Below, one piece after another: positions 18,099-28,074 of a stretch of 44,590 bases of DNA (the first letter of the stretch is position 1; each line of letters begins with the position of its first letter). Where the stretch lies: IMG/VR virus record IMGVR_UViG_3300030095_003360, positions 1 through 44,590 of that record; one strand, given 5' to 3'. The notes below the pieces were generated by a model. That model had not been told where the DNA came from, made no database searches, and was given only the letters and a program-made list of their open reading frames with translations. A program made the position numbers and the translations under genes. Source of the DNA: a virus. Its lineage: Duplodnaviria; Caudoviricetes.

Positions 18099-20960
18099 AT
18101 GTTAGGCATAGGTCTATCCTTATATAAGGGTGCTGTAACTATATTAACTTATATTACAGACAATCTGTTACAGTATTTTAATATGAAGAATACTTCTCCT
18201 GAGTTATTTCTTGAGGGGAGTGCTAGTTTTGATGGGACTAATGACTATATAAATTGTGGTGATATAGATACTTTTTCTGGCAATTTCACCATAGCAACTT
18301 GGCTTAAATCAACTACCAATGGTGCTTTAGTTTGTTCTAAGAGAGATACAGGAGGGGCTAATAATGGGATATACGTTGACCTAAATGGTAATGGCTTAAG
18401 GGTGCTTTTAGACACAGCAGATGGAAATACTATATTATCTGATAGCACGACTACAACTGATGGGAAATGGCATCATGTAGCAATTACAAGAAATAGTGGT
18501 ACAATTTCAAATTATATAGATGGTGTGAAAAATAGTTCTACTGCATCTGATTCAGATGACTTAGATAATAATGCAAATTTTGAAATTGGTGCATGGAGTG
18601 GTTACTCCTCTCCTGTGTGGTTTACAGGCTCAATGGCAAACTTTGGGATTTGGAGTAGGGCTATATCTCAAGACGAAATATTTGATTTGATGTATGAAAA
18701 CTATTCAGATTTATCAGCAAGTTTAGCAACGGGTTTAGTCAGTTGGTATTCATTAGCATCCGATGCAAACGATTCTAAATCAGCAAATAATGGAACAAAT
18801 AATGGTGCAACATTTCTTTCTTCTGCATATGGTGTAAACTCTCTATTTAAACCAAGATTATCAAATGAGGTAAGCACCCTAGACTATCCAAGAGCAACAA
18901 CCCATACTGCAAGAGCTGTAAGCTTTGATGGAAGTAATGACTACGTTACAATCCCCGATACTAATGATTTTAGTTTTGGCGATAGTAGTAGCGATTCTCC
19001 ATTTAGCGTATCAGCTTGGTGTAAAATGACTACTGCAAATCGCTATACAGTTGCTACAAAAGGCGTGTCAGATGGTGGTGACTTCGAATGGATGTTGACA
19101 CAGAGTGGCACAAACTTTGATTTCTACATATGGGACGAGGATACAAATGGCAGTCGGTACGTTAATGTAGCAGGGGCAACCTTCAATCAATTTGTGGGTA
19201 AGTGGACTCATATAGTGGCTACTTATGATGGTTCTGGTAATCGTTCAGGGATGAAGATTTACCTTAACGCTGAGTCTCAAACGCTTGGGGGTGCAGATGA
19301 TGGAAGCTATACTGCGATGGAAAACCTAGGTGGGGCGTTAACAATTATGAAAGAGCGTACTAATTATGGAACTGGGCTGATGAATAGTTTTAGGATTTAT
19401 TCTGCAGAGCTTACCCTTGCCCAAATTAAAGAAATTTATGAAGCTCCTGAACAAGCCTTACCAACTGGAATTTCTGCATCAAATTTAAAAGTAAATCTCC
19501 CTATGCAAGAAGGAAGTGGAAAGGTAGCAATAGACATATCAGGAAATAATAATCATGGCGAATTAGTTGGAGCAACATGGGCAACTGGTGAAGATGGTGG
19601 ATTTCAATCTGCGCTAGTTCGCTCAAGAAGTGTTTTTCACAGTACAGAAGGCACAGGTGCAGATGGTAGCAATTATTCATTCGTAAGGGGGACAGGAACT
19701 CCTGCTCTTGGAACTACATGGAGTTTATCAGCTTGGATTTATACAGGTGCATCATTTGGTGGTGGTGGATATAGTTATTACCTTAGGTATAATGAAGAAA
19801 TATCAATTACTATCTTAGAAAGTGATGGGAGGCTATACTCATTCCCTCACCCATATAATGATAGTAGTTTTAATAGATGGAATATAGTTTTATCGCCAAA
19901 TAAATTTTATCATATAGTTTTAGTCGGGTCAGGAGGTAGTCCATTTGTGAAGGTATATTTAAATGGTGTAGCTCAAACTACAGCCAACCATGACAGTAGC
20001 CAAGCAAATGCACCGGGAACAGTAGACGTAACAGCGACCACCTCTGAATTGTTAATTGGTGGGTTTGACCATACAAGTAACGGAAATGAACCTGAAGGTG
20101 CTATAATAGATGAAGTAGCAGTTTGGGATAGTTCATTAACTGGTACAAATGTGACTGACTTATATAATAGTGGAGTGCCTTATGATGCTACTAATATAGC
20201 TAGCGATGACTTACAAGGTTACTGGAGAAATGAAGGTGCGAATCAATGGACTGATTTATCAACAAATAGTAATCATCTTACTCCAAGCAATGTAAAAACA
20301 GCATTACTAACAGAAGGGCTAACTTCAGGTAAAGATGGGTTAGGTTTTACCTTATCTACTACAGACCAAATTTCAAACGGATTACGCTTTAATGGCTCTG
20401 ATAATGTAATGATATACAATAGTACTCAGGTAGATAGCTCACTTCAAGCCCTTGATAATAATCTTACTGTTGAATGTTGGATTAAACCTTTTGAAGTAAC
20501 TGGTGATGATGGCTCAGACTGGAAAGGATATTACACTATTGCTGAACTTCGAGTTGAATCAAGTTCAGGTTATCATATTCCATTTAGTCTTTCGGTTAAT
20601 AATAGTAAATTACGTTTTGGGGTTAGTGACAATGCCACGTCTTCAGATGAAAAGCTAGATAGTGGTACAACCTTAGTAGTGGACACTTGGTATCATGTAG
20701 CAGTTACATTAGATGGCAACGCAGTAAAGATGTATATTAATGGGACTCTTGATGGTACAGGAAGTGGAACTCTTTCGACTGCAACTGGTGATAGAAATGT
20801 AGGTACTGAATTATCGAATCTTATACTGGGTGCAAGAACAGCTAATAATGGAGACCCTACAGCGCATTTTAAAGGTTTAATAGATGAGTTTAGAATCTAT
20901 AATAGCACATTAAGTAGAGCACAAATTAATCAAAATAAAGCACATCAATCAAGGAGTTAA
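18099..20960 (+). CDS. Tail fibre/receptor-binding protein with four LamG (concanavalin A-like) domains
   Basis: Repeated FDG.NDY, T..AW, WHHV..T, Y.DG/Y.NG and G.IDE..IY...L motifs; MLGIGLSL N-terminus. Confidence 0.85.
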   Translation: MLGIGLSLYKGAVTILTYITDNLLQYFNMKNTSPELFLEGSASFDGTNDYINCGDIDTFSGNFTIATWLKSTTNGALVCSKRDTGGANNGIYVDLNGNGLRVLLDTADGNTILSDSTTTTDGKWHHVAITRNSGTISNYIDGVKNSSTASDSDDLDNNANFEIGAWSGYSSPVWFTGSMANFGIWSRAISQDEIFDLMYENYSDLSASLATGLVSWYSLASDANDSKSANNGTNNGATFLSSAYGVNSLFKPRLSNEVSTLDYPRATTHTARAVSFDGSNDYVTIPDTNDFSFGDSSSDSPFSVSAWCKMTTANRYTVATKGVSDGGDFEWMLTQSGTNFDFYIWDEDTNGSRYVNVAGATFNQFVGKWTHIVATYDGSGNRSGMKIYLNAESQTLGGADDGSYTAMENLGGALTIMKERTNYGTGLMNSFRIYSAELTLAQIKEIYEAPEQALPTGISASNLKVNLPMQEGSGKVAIDISGNNNHGELVGATWATGEDGGFQSALVRSRSVFHSTEGTGADGSNYSFVRGTGTPALGTTWSLSAWIYTGASFGGGGYSYYLRYNEEISITILESDGRLYSFPHPYNDSSFNRWNIVLSPNKFYHIVLVGSGGSPFVKVYLNGVAQTTANHDSSQANAPGTVDVTATTSELLIGGFDHTSNGNEPEGAIIDEVAVWDSSLTGTNVTDLYNSGVPYDATNIASDDLQGYWRNEGANQWTDLSTNSNHLTPSNVKTALLTEGLTSGKDGLGFTLSTTDQISNGLRFNGSDNVMIYNSTQVDSSLQALDNNLTVECWIKPFEVTGDDGSDWKGYYTIAELRVESSSGYHIPFSLSVNNSKLRFGVSDNATSSDEKLDSGTTLVVDTWYHVAVTLDGNAVKMYINGTLDGTGSGTLSTATGDRNVGTELSNLILGARTANNGDPTAHFKGLIDEFRIYNSTLSRAQINQNKAHQSRS

Positions 20961-20961
20961 G

Positions 20962-21282
20962 ATGCTTGGGCAATATACACACTATATAAAATTTAATAAT
21001 ACAACTACCTCAAAGAATAAAAGAGTTACAGATAGGTATGACTGGATTACATTAGACGATGATGAAAACGAAGTTACTAATCAGGCAAAATTAAGTGATT
21101 TAATTACAAATCATCCGCATTACTTTGCGCCTATTTACGCCAAAGATGACTCCGAATGTATTATTAAAACAGATTTTACACTAGCTGAATTAAATGCTCT
21201 ACCTGCCACATTCGTAGTGTATACAAATTCAGAGGTAATTAACTATAAAAACAACTCAACTAAATGGAACAAATCAGAATGA
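20962..21282 (+). CDS. Hypothetical protein (possible fibre chaperone)
   Basis: AGGAG RBS; directly follows the LamG gene. Confidence 0.6.
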   Translation: MLGQYTHYIKFNNTTTSKNKRVTDRYDWITLDDDENEVTNQAKLSDLITNHPHYFAPIYAKDDSECIIKTDFTLAELNALPATFVVYTNSEVINYKNNSTKWNKSE

Positions 21283-21464
21283 AAACAATACTTACAGCAT
21301 TATTAATAGCAACTCCAGTAACGAATCAACCAGCAGAACCAGTAGAAACAGAAATTGTTCTAGCTGAAGACGTAAAGAAAAAGAAGAAGAAGGGTAAGAA
21401 GATGGTTGGTAAAGGAAAGAAGAAAAAGAAAGGTTTCTTTTCAAAGGTATTTGGTTCTAAGTAA
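21279..21464 (+). CDS. Small protein with signal-like N-terminus and poly-Lys C-terminus
   Basis: ATGA overlap; MKTILTALLIA...KKKKKKGKKMVGKGKKKKKGFFSKVFGSK. Confidence 0.7.
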   Translation: MKTILTALLIATPVTNQPAEPVETEIVLAEDVKKKKKKGKKMVGKGKKKKKGFFSKVFGSK

Positions 21465-21495
21465 TTAATGAATCGTAAAGTTAAAAAACTAAAGA

Positions 21496-21756
21496 ATGGA
21501 GATTTTAAAATTGTTTATAAGAACATTAACACCTCTTATGATATTCCTATTAAGTACTCTTTCTCATCTTAATTGCTCGAATGGATGGGCGGTAATGGGA
21601 TATGAAATAACACCTATGGATAGTGTCAATACTGTATTTATTGAGATTTTAGATACTGATTCTATAATGCATTACTACCATGAGAGTGTATTTGTAAAAA
21701 ATAACTGGTGCTATATACATAACCAATTAGAAGATGTAAAGAAGGCTTATGAGTGA
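21496..21756 (+). CDS. Putative lipoprotein, paralog of 41179-41403
   Basis: Hydrophobic N-terminus ending ..LNCS; H.Y.E...WC..H.Q.E.V motif. The start is uncertain. Confidence 0.6.
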   Translation: MEILKLFIRTLTPLMIFLLSTLSHLNCSNGWAVMGYEITPMDSVNTVFIEILDTDSIMHYYHESVFVKNNWCYIHNQLEDVKKAYE

Positions 21757-22066
21757 TGTTGACACAGCAAGAAGTTATAAAGGAGCTTTAGTAGATGATA
21801 ACGCAATTATTTCTCTCAATCTTAAATGGCTTGGACAAATTTTATTTTTGGTTGCATCATTGGTGTATGCGTATTATAAAATTGAAGTTAGGATTACATC
21901 CCTTGAGAATCAAGTTATTGTTTCAAATGAACAAATTGGGAATCTACTTGATAAACACATCGTGGAAGAAAGGATTGAAAGAAGAGAGTTGGCAGAGAAA
22001 GTAGCCTTTTATGAAAAAGAATTTAATATAAATCCCCTTTCTTGGGGTAAGAAAAAGCGGAAATAA
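21749..22066 (+). CDS. Membrane protein with coiled coil (lysis module)
   Basis: One transmembrane segment followed by a coiled coil. Confidence 0.6.
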   Translation: MSDVDTARSYKGALVDDNAIISLNLKWLGQILFLVASLVYAYYKIEVRITSLENQVIVSNEQIGNLLDKHIVEERIERRELAEKVAFYEKEFNINPLSWGKKKRK

Positions 22067-22401
22067 TGGACACACAAACACTGCTAGATAGTTATATGAC
22101 TTTAGGCGCCTCGGGGTTTTGCGTTGTATTTTTAGGTTACATGTTAGTAAACTTAATGAAAAGCCAAACAGCCCAGTCAGAAAGCCTAGATAACTTAGCT
22201 ATTAGTCAAGCAAAGTCAGAAGAAACAATAACAAACATAGAAGGTATTTTACTTAAATTGTTAGACAGAATTCAAAGAGAATCAGAAAATCAACATGGTT
22301 CTTCAGCACGTAGGCATGAAGCTTTGATGAAAGAAATTGACGATTTATCTGATAAAATTAGTTATATGTCTGGAAGATTAAACGGAGGAGGTAAGCATTG
22401 A
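22066..22401 (+). CDS. Putative holin-like membrane protein
   Basis: N-terminal TM helix plus coiled coil, upstream of the endolysin. Confidence 0.5.
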   Translation: MDTQTLLDSYMTLGASGFCVVFLGYMLVNLMKSQTAQSESLDNLAISQAKSEETITNIEGILLKLLDRIQRESENQHGSSARRHEALMKEIDDLSDKISYMSGRLNGGGKH

Positions 22402-22613
22402 ACAGTCAAGAAGATTTATACGGGATGATGGTTAAGTTTGATGAAAGACAAAAAACTATTTTTAATACCTTGATTAGAGTAGAAAAACATTTGGAAAGAT
22501 TGAATGGTAAGGTAGCTGAGCATGAAACCAGTATTGCTAAGATGCAAGTTTGGGGTGGTGTAGCTATCGTTAGCTTTCCTTTAATAATAAACATAGTAAT
22601 GAGGTTGGTGTAA
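22398..22613 (+). CDS. XhlA-like small membrane protein
   Basis: TTG start with GGAGG RBS; coiled coil ..LNGKV.. then a C-terminal TM helix. Confidence 0.55.
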   Translation: MNSQEDLYGMMVKFDERQKTIFNTLIRVEKHLERLNGKVAEHETSIAKMQVWGGVAIVSFPLIINIVMRLV

Positions 22614-22840
22614 TGAAGAAACTAATTAAAATGCTCAAAGACTTGCTCAATGGGTTAATAAAATCACAAGTAAAAGTATTACAAAGCGAGGCTTTTGAGA
22701 ATCAATTAGCTACTAAGATTGCGGCAAAGATACCAGACGTTCCCGGATTTGGCGACCCTGAACAAAAAATGGTTGCTAAGATGGCTATTGACATGTGTAC
22801 AGACAAACTAGCTGAAGCAGTTAACCTAGAAGCAGACTGA
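22613..22840 (+). CDS. Hypothetical protein (lysis module)
   Basis: 75-aa ORF coupled to its neighbours at both ends. Confidence 0.6.
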   Translation: MKKLIKMLKDLLNGLIKSQVKVLQSEAFENQLATKIAAKIPDVPGFGDPEQKMVAKMAIDMCTDKLAEAVNLEAD

Positions 22841-23220
22841 TGCCAAAGTTTGGTAAAAGAAGCAAAGAAAGATTGAAGGGCGTTGACTCAAGAATAGTTA
22901 ACGTCCTAAATGAGCTTATAAAGATTATGGATGTAACAATCATAGAAGGATTGCGAAGTGAAGAACGGCAGAAGGAGCTATTGGCTAAGGGGGCAACGAA
23001 AGTAAAGTACTCTAAACATATGGAAGGCAAGGCTGTAGACTTAGCCCCCTATCCAATAGATTGGGAAAACAGAGATGGATTCCACTATATGGGTGGTATG
23101 ATTAGAGGAATAGCTCATAAGCTTGGTATTAAGATAAGATGGGGTGGAGATTGGGATAGTGATGGAGATGTTAAGGATAATGGTTTTGATGATTTGGTAC
23201 ATATAGAAGTAAGGGATTAA
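22840..23220 (+). CDS. Endolysin, peptidase M15 (L-Ala-D-Glu peptidase-like)
   Basis: EGLRS.ERQ, S.H..G.AVD, WGGDW, D.VH.E motifs. Confidence 0.92.
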   Translation: MPKFGKRSKERLKGVDSRIVNVLNELIKIMDVTIIEGLRSEERQKELLAKGATKVKYSKHMEGKAVDLAPYPIDWENRDGFHYMGGMIRGIAHKLGIKIRWGGDWDSDGDVKDNGFDDLVHIEVRD

Positions 23221-26210
23221 TGGCTAAGCAATTTTTAACTATAGATAATTTTGGCAGGGGTATTAACAACGTTAAGAACCCTAGAGATTTAGCCACTGCT
23301 GAAGTTGCAGATTGTAGAAACTGGAATATATCCAAGAATGGAGAATTAATTCCTAGGTCTGAGTTTGCAACAGCCACTAATGGCTCTGCATTAACTCTAT
23401 CAACTAATACAGTGCCAAACATAACTGCATCTTTAAATGCTGGTTATGGATTACATTACTTTGAGCCCGATTCAGCAACTGGAGTACATGGGACTAGTAT
23501 CACCGGAACAAATACAACCACTAATCCTGCTCAAGGAAATGTAGATGGCTCTACTAGTAATTATAGTTTAATATTTACAGGGGAAAACATACAAATATGC
23601 GCTGCTACTTCTGGCTCTATATCTTTCTGGACTCATCCTAATCAAAAATTATATGACGGAACAATATTTCCATTTAGGATAGTCGTATCTGGAACGAGTT
23701 CAAATGATGGTGAATATTTAGTTACTAGCCTCGCTAGTATTGGTACTGGAACTTATGCGAGTGTTACTTGGAATAGTACAGGAACCGCTATGGTTTGTGA
23801 TGGTGTAACGTTTACAAATGAAGCTATCAATGCAAGCACTACAGTAACAATTAAAAAGCCCGGATTTGTTGGAGATGCAATGCTTGCTATTGGCGATGCA
23901 GATACAAATAGAGTTTATATTTATAAAGACAGTACCGATGCTATACATTCATTTACAGACACAACGATGAATAATGCAAGTGCCGCATTTACTGGTGGAG
24001 TAACATCAATCTCTAGTCAGCAATGGAGGTTAGATGGCTATAATTCTAATTTAAAAGTTGGTCAAGTTATTACCTCTTCTACTTTTGGAAAATTAAACCC
24101 CAATACTCAAGTGATGAATATAAATTCTATGTCTGATGGTAAATTTTACTCAAATAAAGTTCCTCGAATAGAGGTTGCTGAAAATACAACATACACATTT
24201 AGTGATTCTACAATAGACTTAAATAGAGCACCATTAGACTGGTCAGGAGTGGCGGCTAATGAGAAGCCTAAGTTTGTGTTTTATGAGGTAGATGGAGCTT
24301 TAAGAATTGCTGATGGGAATTTAAATAATCAAACAAAGCCAAAGTGGTATGGATATATTGACAGAAAAGTGCTAGTAACTGCTGGAAGCGGTAGTACATA
24401 TGTAAGCCCTCTGGAAACATCATTTAATGCTAAGCCGGGTTACTATATTGAAGAAGGTGGATTAGGCAAACCTTCAAGCGCTCCATTTACTGCTCATGGA
24501 AGTGTAAATAATAGTGATGAAATGCCTGTAGATGGAAGAGGTTGGGGTCTATCTGTGACTGCTAGCTCTGAAATTGGAGAATGGGAAGGTTTAACTTATG
24601 AATTTGCATCTTCTTTTATTTACGATGGAAACCAAGAATCTACATTGAAAAAATATAATGCTCAATATACCCATAGTGCTGGGTTTAAAATGTTGGTAAA
24701 CGTTTTTGCTCAAAGGGGTAATACAGGTGAATACCCAAGAAGGGTTTCAGGTGGAAGAATATATATAAGGGAAGCCGGTAGTAATGATAAGTACACATTG
24801 TTTGTAGATATTGATATTACTGATGGTGCTAGGACAAATTTAATAGAAGATTATTATCAATGGAGAAGAGCAGATGGCGCCTCTGGTATAAGTGAATTTA
24901 GAATTACTGAAAATAATACTGAAGCTGATTATCAATCTGACCACTGGGTTATGGTATCTGATAGACCAAATCAAGACACATACGATTCTATAAATACTTT
25001 TTCTCCAGATATGAAGCAATATGCGTTTGGGGGAATCTTCTATTCAACTTACCAATGTGCTGTAGTAGCTGGTCAAAGGGTATTTGTTGCTAATGTTAAA
25101 TTTAACGACGGGAAAGCAAACCAAAGAGAAGACTTAGAAAACAGAGCTAAGCATTTTGGGGATAGGATAATGTTTAGTCAAATTGGTAAATATGATACAT
25201 TCTTACCGCAGAATACAATAGATATTTCAAAAGGTGATAGTGAGAGCTACCAAGCATTGGCTTATTATGGAGATAGGCTTCTTGCGTTTAAGCAAAGAAA
25301 AGTTCAGGTTATAAATATAGCAGCCCCCTCTCCAAGTCGTTGGTTTTTAGAAGACACAGTAGAGTATGCTGGTGTTGATAATCAATACTCAGTATGCAAC
25401 ACTGAAAATGGTGTAGTCTGGGGAAATTCAAATGGAGCATTTTTATATAATGGTAGCGAAGTTGTTAATATATCAGAAGGTAAGATTGCAAACACAGGTC
25501 AAACATCTTACTCTTCTGTAAATTGGTCTGGGTTCATTAATCCTAATGTAGGATATATAGCAGAAACAAAGCAAGTAATATTTGTAGACTCAGCTACAAC
25601 AGGAGAGGATGCTTTCTATTATGATATGCAGTATAAATCTTGGTATTATGGTGCCAATGCAGCTCCAAATGCTAACAATAGCGGGGTTACTAATGGGTCT
25701 TCATTTAATCCAAAGATGTCTAACTTTGTAAACACTAGCTCTGGAAAGCTAATTGCTGCTTACGATACCCAAAGCACTAACCTTGGTGACGCTGGTGCAA
25801 ATAAAGTTGTGTTAACATATCACCAAACAGCAGAGCAAGGGCATAAAAACTACTTAGTTCAAACAAAAGATTTAGACTTTGGAAATCCGGGAAGAAAAAA
25901 GAAGGTGTATGCAATATATATTAATTACAGACATAGCGGAAGCACTGCAATTAATGACTCTGAGGTAGAGTATATGAGGGATAATAATGGAAGTTGGGCT
26001 AGTTTTAATGCAACTTCGTCTACAATACCTCAAACACATTCTTCTAATAATAACTATTCAACATTAAAGCTACGATTGTCAGATTCAGGTGGGGTCTCTT
26101 GCCAGAGTATGGCTTTTAAATTTAACTTTGACAACTTAAATGAAGATTCTAAATTTGCACTTAATGATATTGTAATTGAATACAGAGTCTTATATAAGAG
26201 AGCCGCATGA
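23220..26210 (+). CDS. Tail nozzle/stabilisation protein (putative) with insertions
   Basis: F..GIN...PRDL...E...C.N N-terminus, beta-propeller-like C-terminus, TKDLDFG.P...KK motif of podovirus tail tubular proteins. Confidence 0.65.
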   Translation: MAKQFLTIDNFGRGINNVKNPRDLATAEVADCRNWNISKNGELIPRSEFATATNGSALTLSTNTVPNITASLNAGYGLHYFEPDSATGVHGTSITGTNTTTNPAQGNVDGSTSNYSLIFTGENIQICAATSGSISFWTHPNQKLYDGTIFPFRIVVSGTSSNDGEYLVTSLASIGTGTYASVTWNSTGTAMVCDGVTFTNEAINASTTVTIKKPGFVGDAMLAIGDADTNRVYIYKDSTDAIHSFTDTTMNNASAAFTGGVTSISSQQWRLDGYNSNLKVGQVITSSTFGKLNPNTQVMNINSMSDGKFYSNKVPRIEVAENTTYTFSDSTIDLNRAPLDWSGVAANEKPKFVFYEVDGALRIADGNLNNQTKPKWYGYIDRKVLVTAGSGSTYVSPLETSFNAKPGYYIEEGGLGKPSSAPFTAHGSVNNSDEMPVDGRGWGLSVTASSEIGEWEGLTYEFASSFIYDGNQESTLKKYNAQYTHSAGFKMLVNVFAQRGNTGEYPRRVSGGRIYIREAGSNDKYTLFVDIDITDGARTNLIEDYYQWRRADGASGISEFRITENNTEADYQSDHWVMVSDRPNQDTYDSINTFSPDMKQYAFGGIFYSTYQCAVVAGQRVFVANVKFNDGKANQREDLENRAKHFGDRIMFSQIGKYDTFLPQNTIDISKGDSESYQALAYYGDRLLAFKQRKVQVINIAAPSPSRWFLEDTVEYAGVDNQYSVCNTENGVVWGNSNGAFLYNGSEVVNISEGKIANTGQTSYSSVNWSGFINPNVGYIAETKQVIFVDSATTGEDAFYYDMQYKSWYYGANAAPNANNSGVTNGSSFNPKMSNFVNTSSGKLIAAYDTQSTNLGDAGANKVVLTYHQTAEQGHKNYLVQTKDLDFGNPGRKKKVYAIYINYRHSGSTAINDSEVEYMRDNNGSWASFNATSSTIPQTHSSNNNYSTLKLRLSDSGGVSCQSMAFKFNFDNLNEDSKFALNDIVIEYRVLYKRAA

Positions 26211-26902
26211 GTAATAGAGATATAAGACGTTTAATGAATTCATCTGGAGAGGCTTTTAACGTAGACGTTCCAATCGGTCACGATGACCCAGATGGAGAGA
26301 CTAGCTTTACTATGAGTAGTAATAGGCAGTTGTCTTTAAGTAGAAAACATGGTAACAGTATATGGAAAACATATCTTTCTAATGACGGTAATCAGTATGT
26401 TGATAAAGATTTAAGAGTAGAAAATAACACTAATACAGGAAAGTTAGAATACAGAAGAGAGTTTGTGGATTATAGAGTATTTAAACACAGCTTTACAGAT
26501 GACTTACCGGGCTCAAAAATTTATGTACCTTGGCAAGGTACTGGAGAGCAGACAACAATATTAAATTCTACAAGTGGCTATCTCTCTCCATATAATATGA
26601 CTTGCCATAAGGTTTTATTTAGAACTCCAGCTATAGATACAGCGGCTACAGATATTGTATTTGGAATAGATAAGATAGATAGTGGTGATAATACAATAGA
26701 CTCTATATGTACATTTGACGCTACGAGTAACTGGAGTGATAACACAAATTTTACAATAAATAAATCAGATTGGAGCGCCTCTCCTACAGTAAGTTCAGGC
26801 GACTTAGTAGGAATAAGTTTAACCGCTGATAACACTAATATAGTTACCAGTGAAAAACATTTCCATATGACATCTGTATGGAAAATAACTATAGTAATTT
26901 AA
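26207..26902 (+). CDS. Tail-associated structural protein (putative)
   Basis: Coupled to the nozzle gene; beta-rich C-terminal domain. Confidence 0.55.
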   Translation: MSNRDIRRLMNSSGEAFNVDVPIGHDDPDGETSFTMSSNRQLSLSRKHGNSIWKTYLSNDGNQYVDKDLRVENNTNTGKLEYRREFVDYRVFKHSFTDDLPGSKIYVPWQGTGEQTTILNSTSGYLSPYNMTCHKVLFRTPAIDTAATDIVFGIDKIDSGDNTIDSICTFDATSNWSDNTNFTINKSDWSASPTVSSGDLVGISLTADNTNIVTSEKHFHMTSVWKITIVI

Positions 26903-26913
26903 AAGGTAATATT

Positions 26914-28074
26914 ATGAAGTATAAATCAATTAATGGATATTTAGGTGGTGGATACATGCCGAATAGGTATCAAGATGGTGGTGGGGTATCTAATAAGGCT
27001 CCTATAAGAGCAGGTAATACTTACTCTAATTTACGAAGTGGAGATACAAGTTGGTTGAGAAATTTTCTACTGCAAAAATATACAGACGAAAAACAAGAAG
27101 AAGCCCTAGCAAAAATTACAAAATCTATAAAGAGAGCAAAGGAAAGAGAGAAAAATATATTATCTGGAGGAAAGTTTCTTGGTAAAATTGCTTCACTTGT
27201 TACTCCAAACGATATGGCTTGGCTTAAACCAATTACAAGGATGATAGGTCAAGCAACTGGGGAGTGGGCTGGGAAAAAGGTTTCGGGTTCTGGTGCATTT
27301 AATCCGGGAGCTAAAAATTATGAAGGATGGGGGAGAGGTCAACTTGGTAAAGTTTTAAAATCCCAACAGGACTTCGAGGATAAAGGAGGTGATAGGGTAT
27401 TAGCGGCTGGAGCAGACGAAACTATAAATCTGCTTAAGAGTATGGCTAGTGATGCTGCTATGGTACCTAAGGCTGCTGGAGCTGGAGCTGGTGCTGATGT
27501 AATACCAGATAAGAGTAGCGACTTAGGAGCATCAGACACATTGACGAACCTCGCAGGAGAATTAAATACAAATCTTGACGTAGGAATGGAAGGCTTGAAA
27601 GAAGTTGATACTTCTCAGTTGACTGACTCCTTAGCTGACTATTCTAGTGATGAATTACGAGGATTTGACTTAGCGGGGATAAATAAGCAAGATGGAGGTA
27701 AGGTGTCGTTAAGAGATTATACTGGAAATCTTCTAGACTCCACTACAACTGATAGTCTACAACAGGCGTTGGTTAAAAAACCTATGATAGATTTTTTTAC
27801 AAGAACTGAAATGAAAAATAGAAATAACATACCGTATGCGACAATACAGAATAGAGTTTTATCTGGTAAATTAGAACCCTCGGATGCATTAAATATGTTA
27901 TTAAACTTTGAAAAGATGAATTATATGAGAACAAAAAAAGACACTGCGAATATATTGTTTGATAGGTTGAAAGAATCTGGGTATCAAGACGGTGGTATGG
28001 TAGAAGATAATTTAATGAATATGAAGGGCGGTGGTCTTATTAACCCAATGTCTTATGCAAGGAGGATAGTATAA
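26914..28074 (+). CDS. Internal virion/ejection protein with repeated xxGG motifs
   Basis: G/A-rich, helical; YLGGG, YQDGG, KQDGG, YQDGG, MKGGG. ATG 26914 has an AAGGT RBS. Confidence 0.6.
   Translation: MKYKSINGYLGGGYMPNRYQDGGGVSNKAPIRAGNTYSNLRSGDTSWLRNFLLQKYTDEKQEEALAKITKSIKRAKEREKNILSGGKFLGKIASLVTPNDMAWLKPITRMIGQATGEWAGKKVSGSGAFNPGAKNYEGWGRGQLGKVLKSQQDFEDKGGDRVLAAGADETINLLKSMASDAAMVPKAAGAGAGADVIPDKSSDLGASDTLTNLAGELNTNLDVGMEGLKEVDTSQLTDSLADYSSDELRGFDLAGINKQDGGKVSLRDYTGNLLDSTTTDSLQQALVKKPMIDFFTRTEMKNRNNIPYATIQNRVLSGKLEPSDALNMLLNFEKMNYMRTKKDTANILFDRLKESGYQDGGMVEDNLMNMKGGGLINPMSYARRIV

Noticed and set aside
18099-20960. Diversity-generating retroelement target in the receptor-binding gene
   Set aside because: No reverse transcriptase and no adenine-variant template repeat seen; the LamG repeats are highly diverged.
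21468-21572. 34-aa ORF MNRKVKKLKNGDFKIVYK... overlapping the lipoprotein gene
   Set aside because: It could be real, but it has no clear RBS and overlaps heavily, so support is insufficient.
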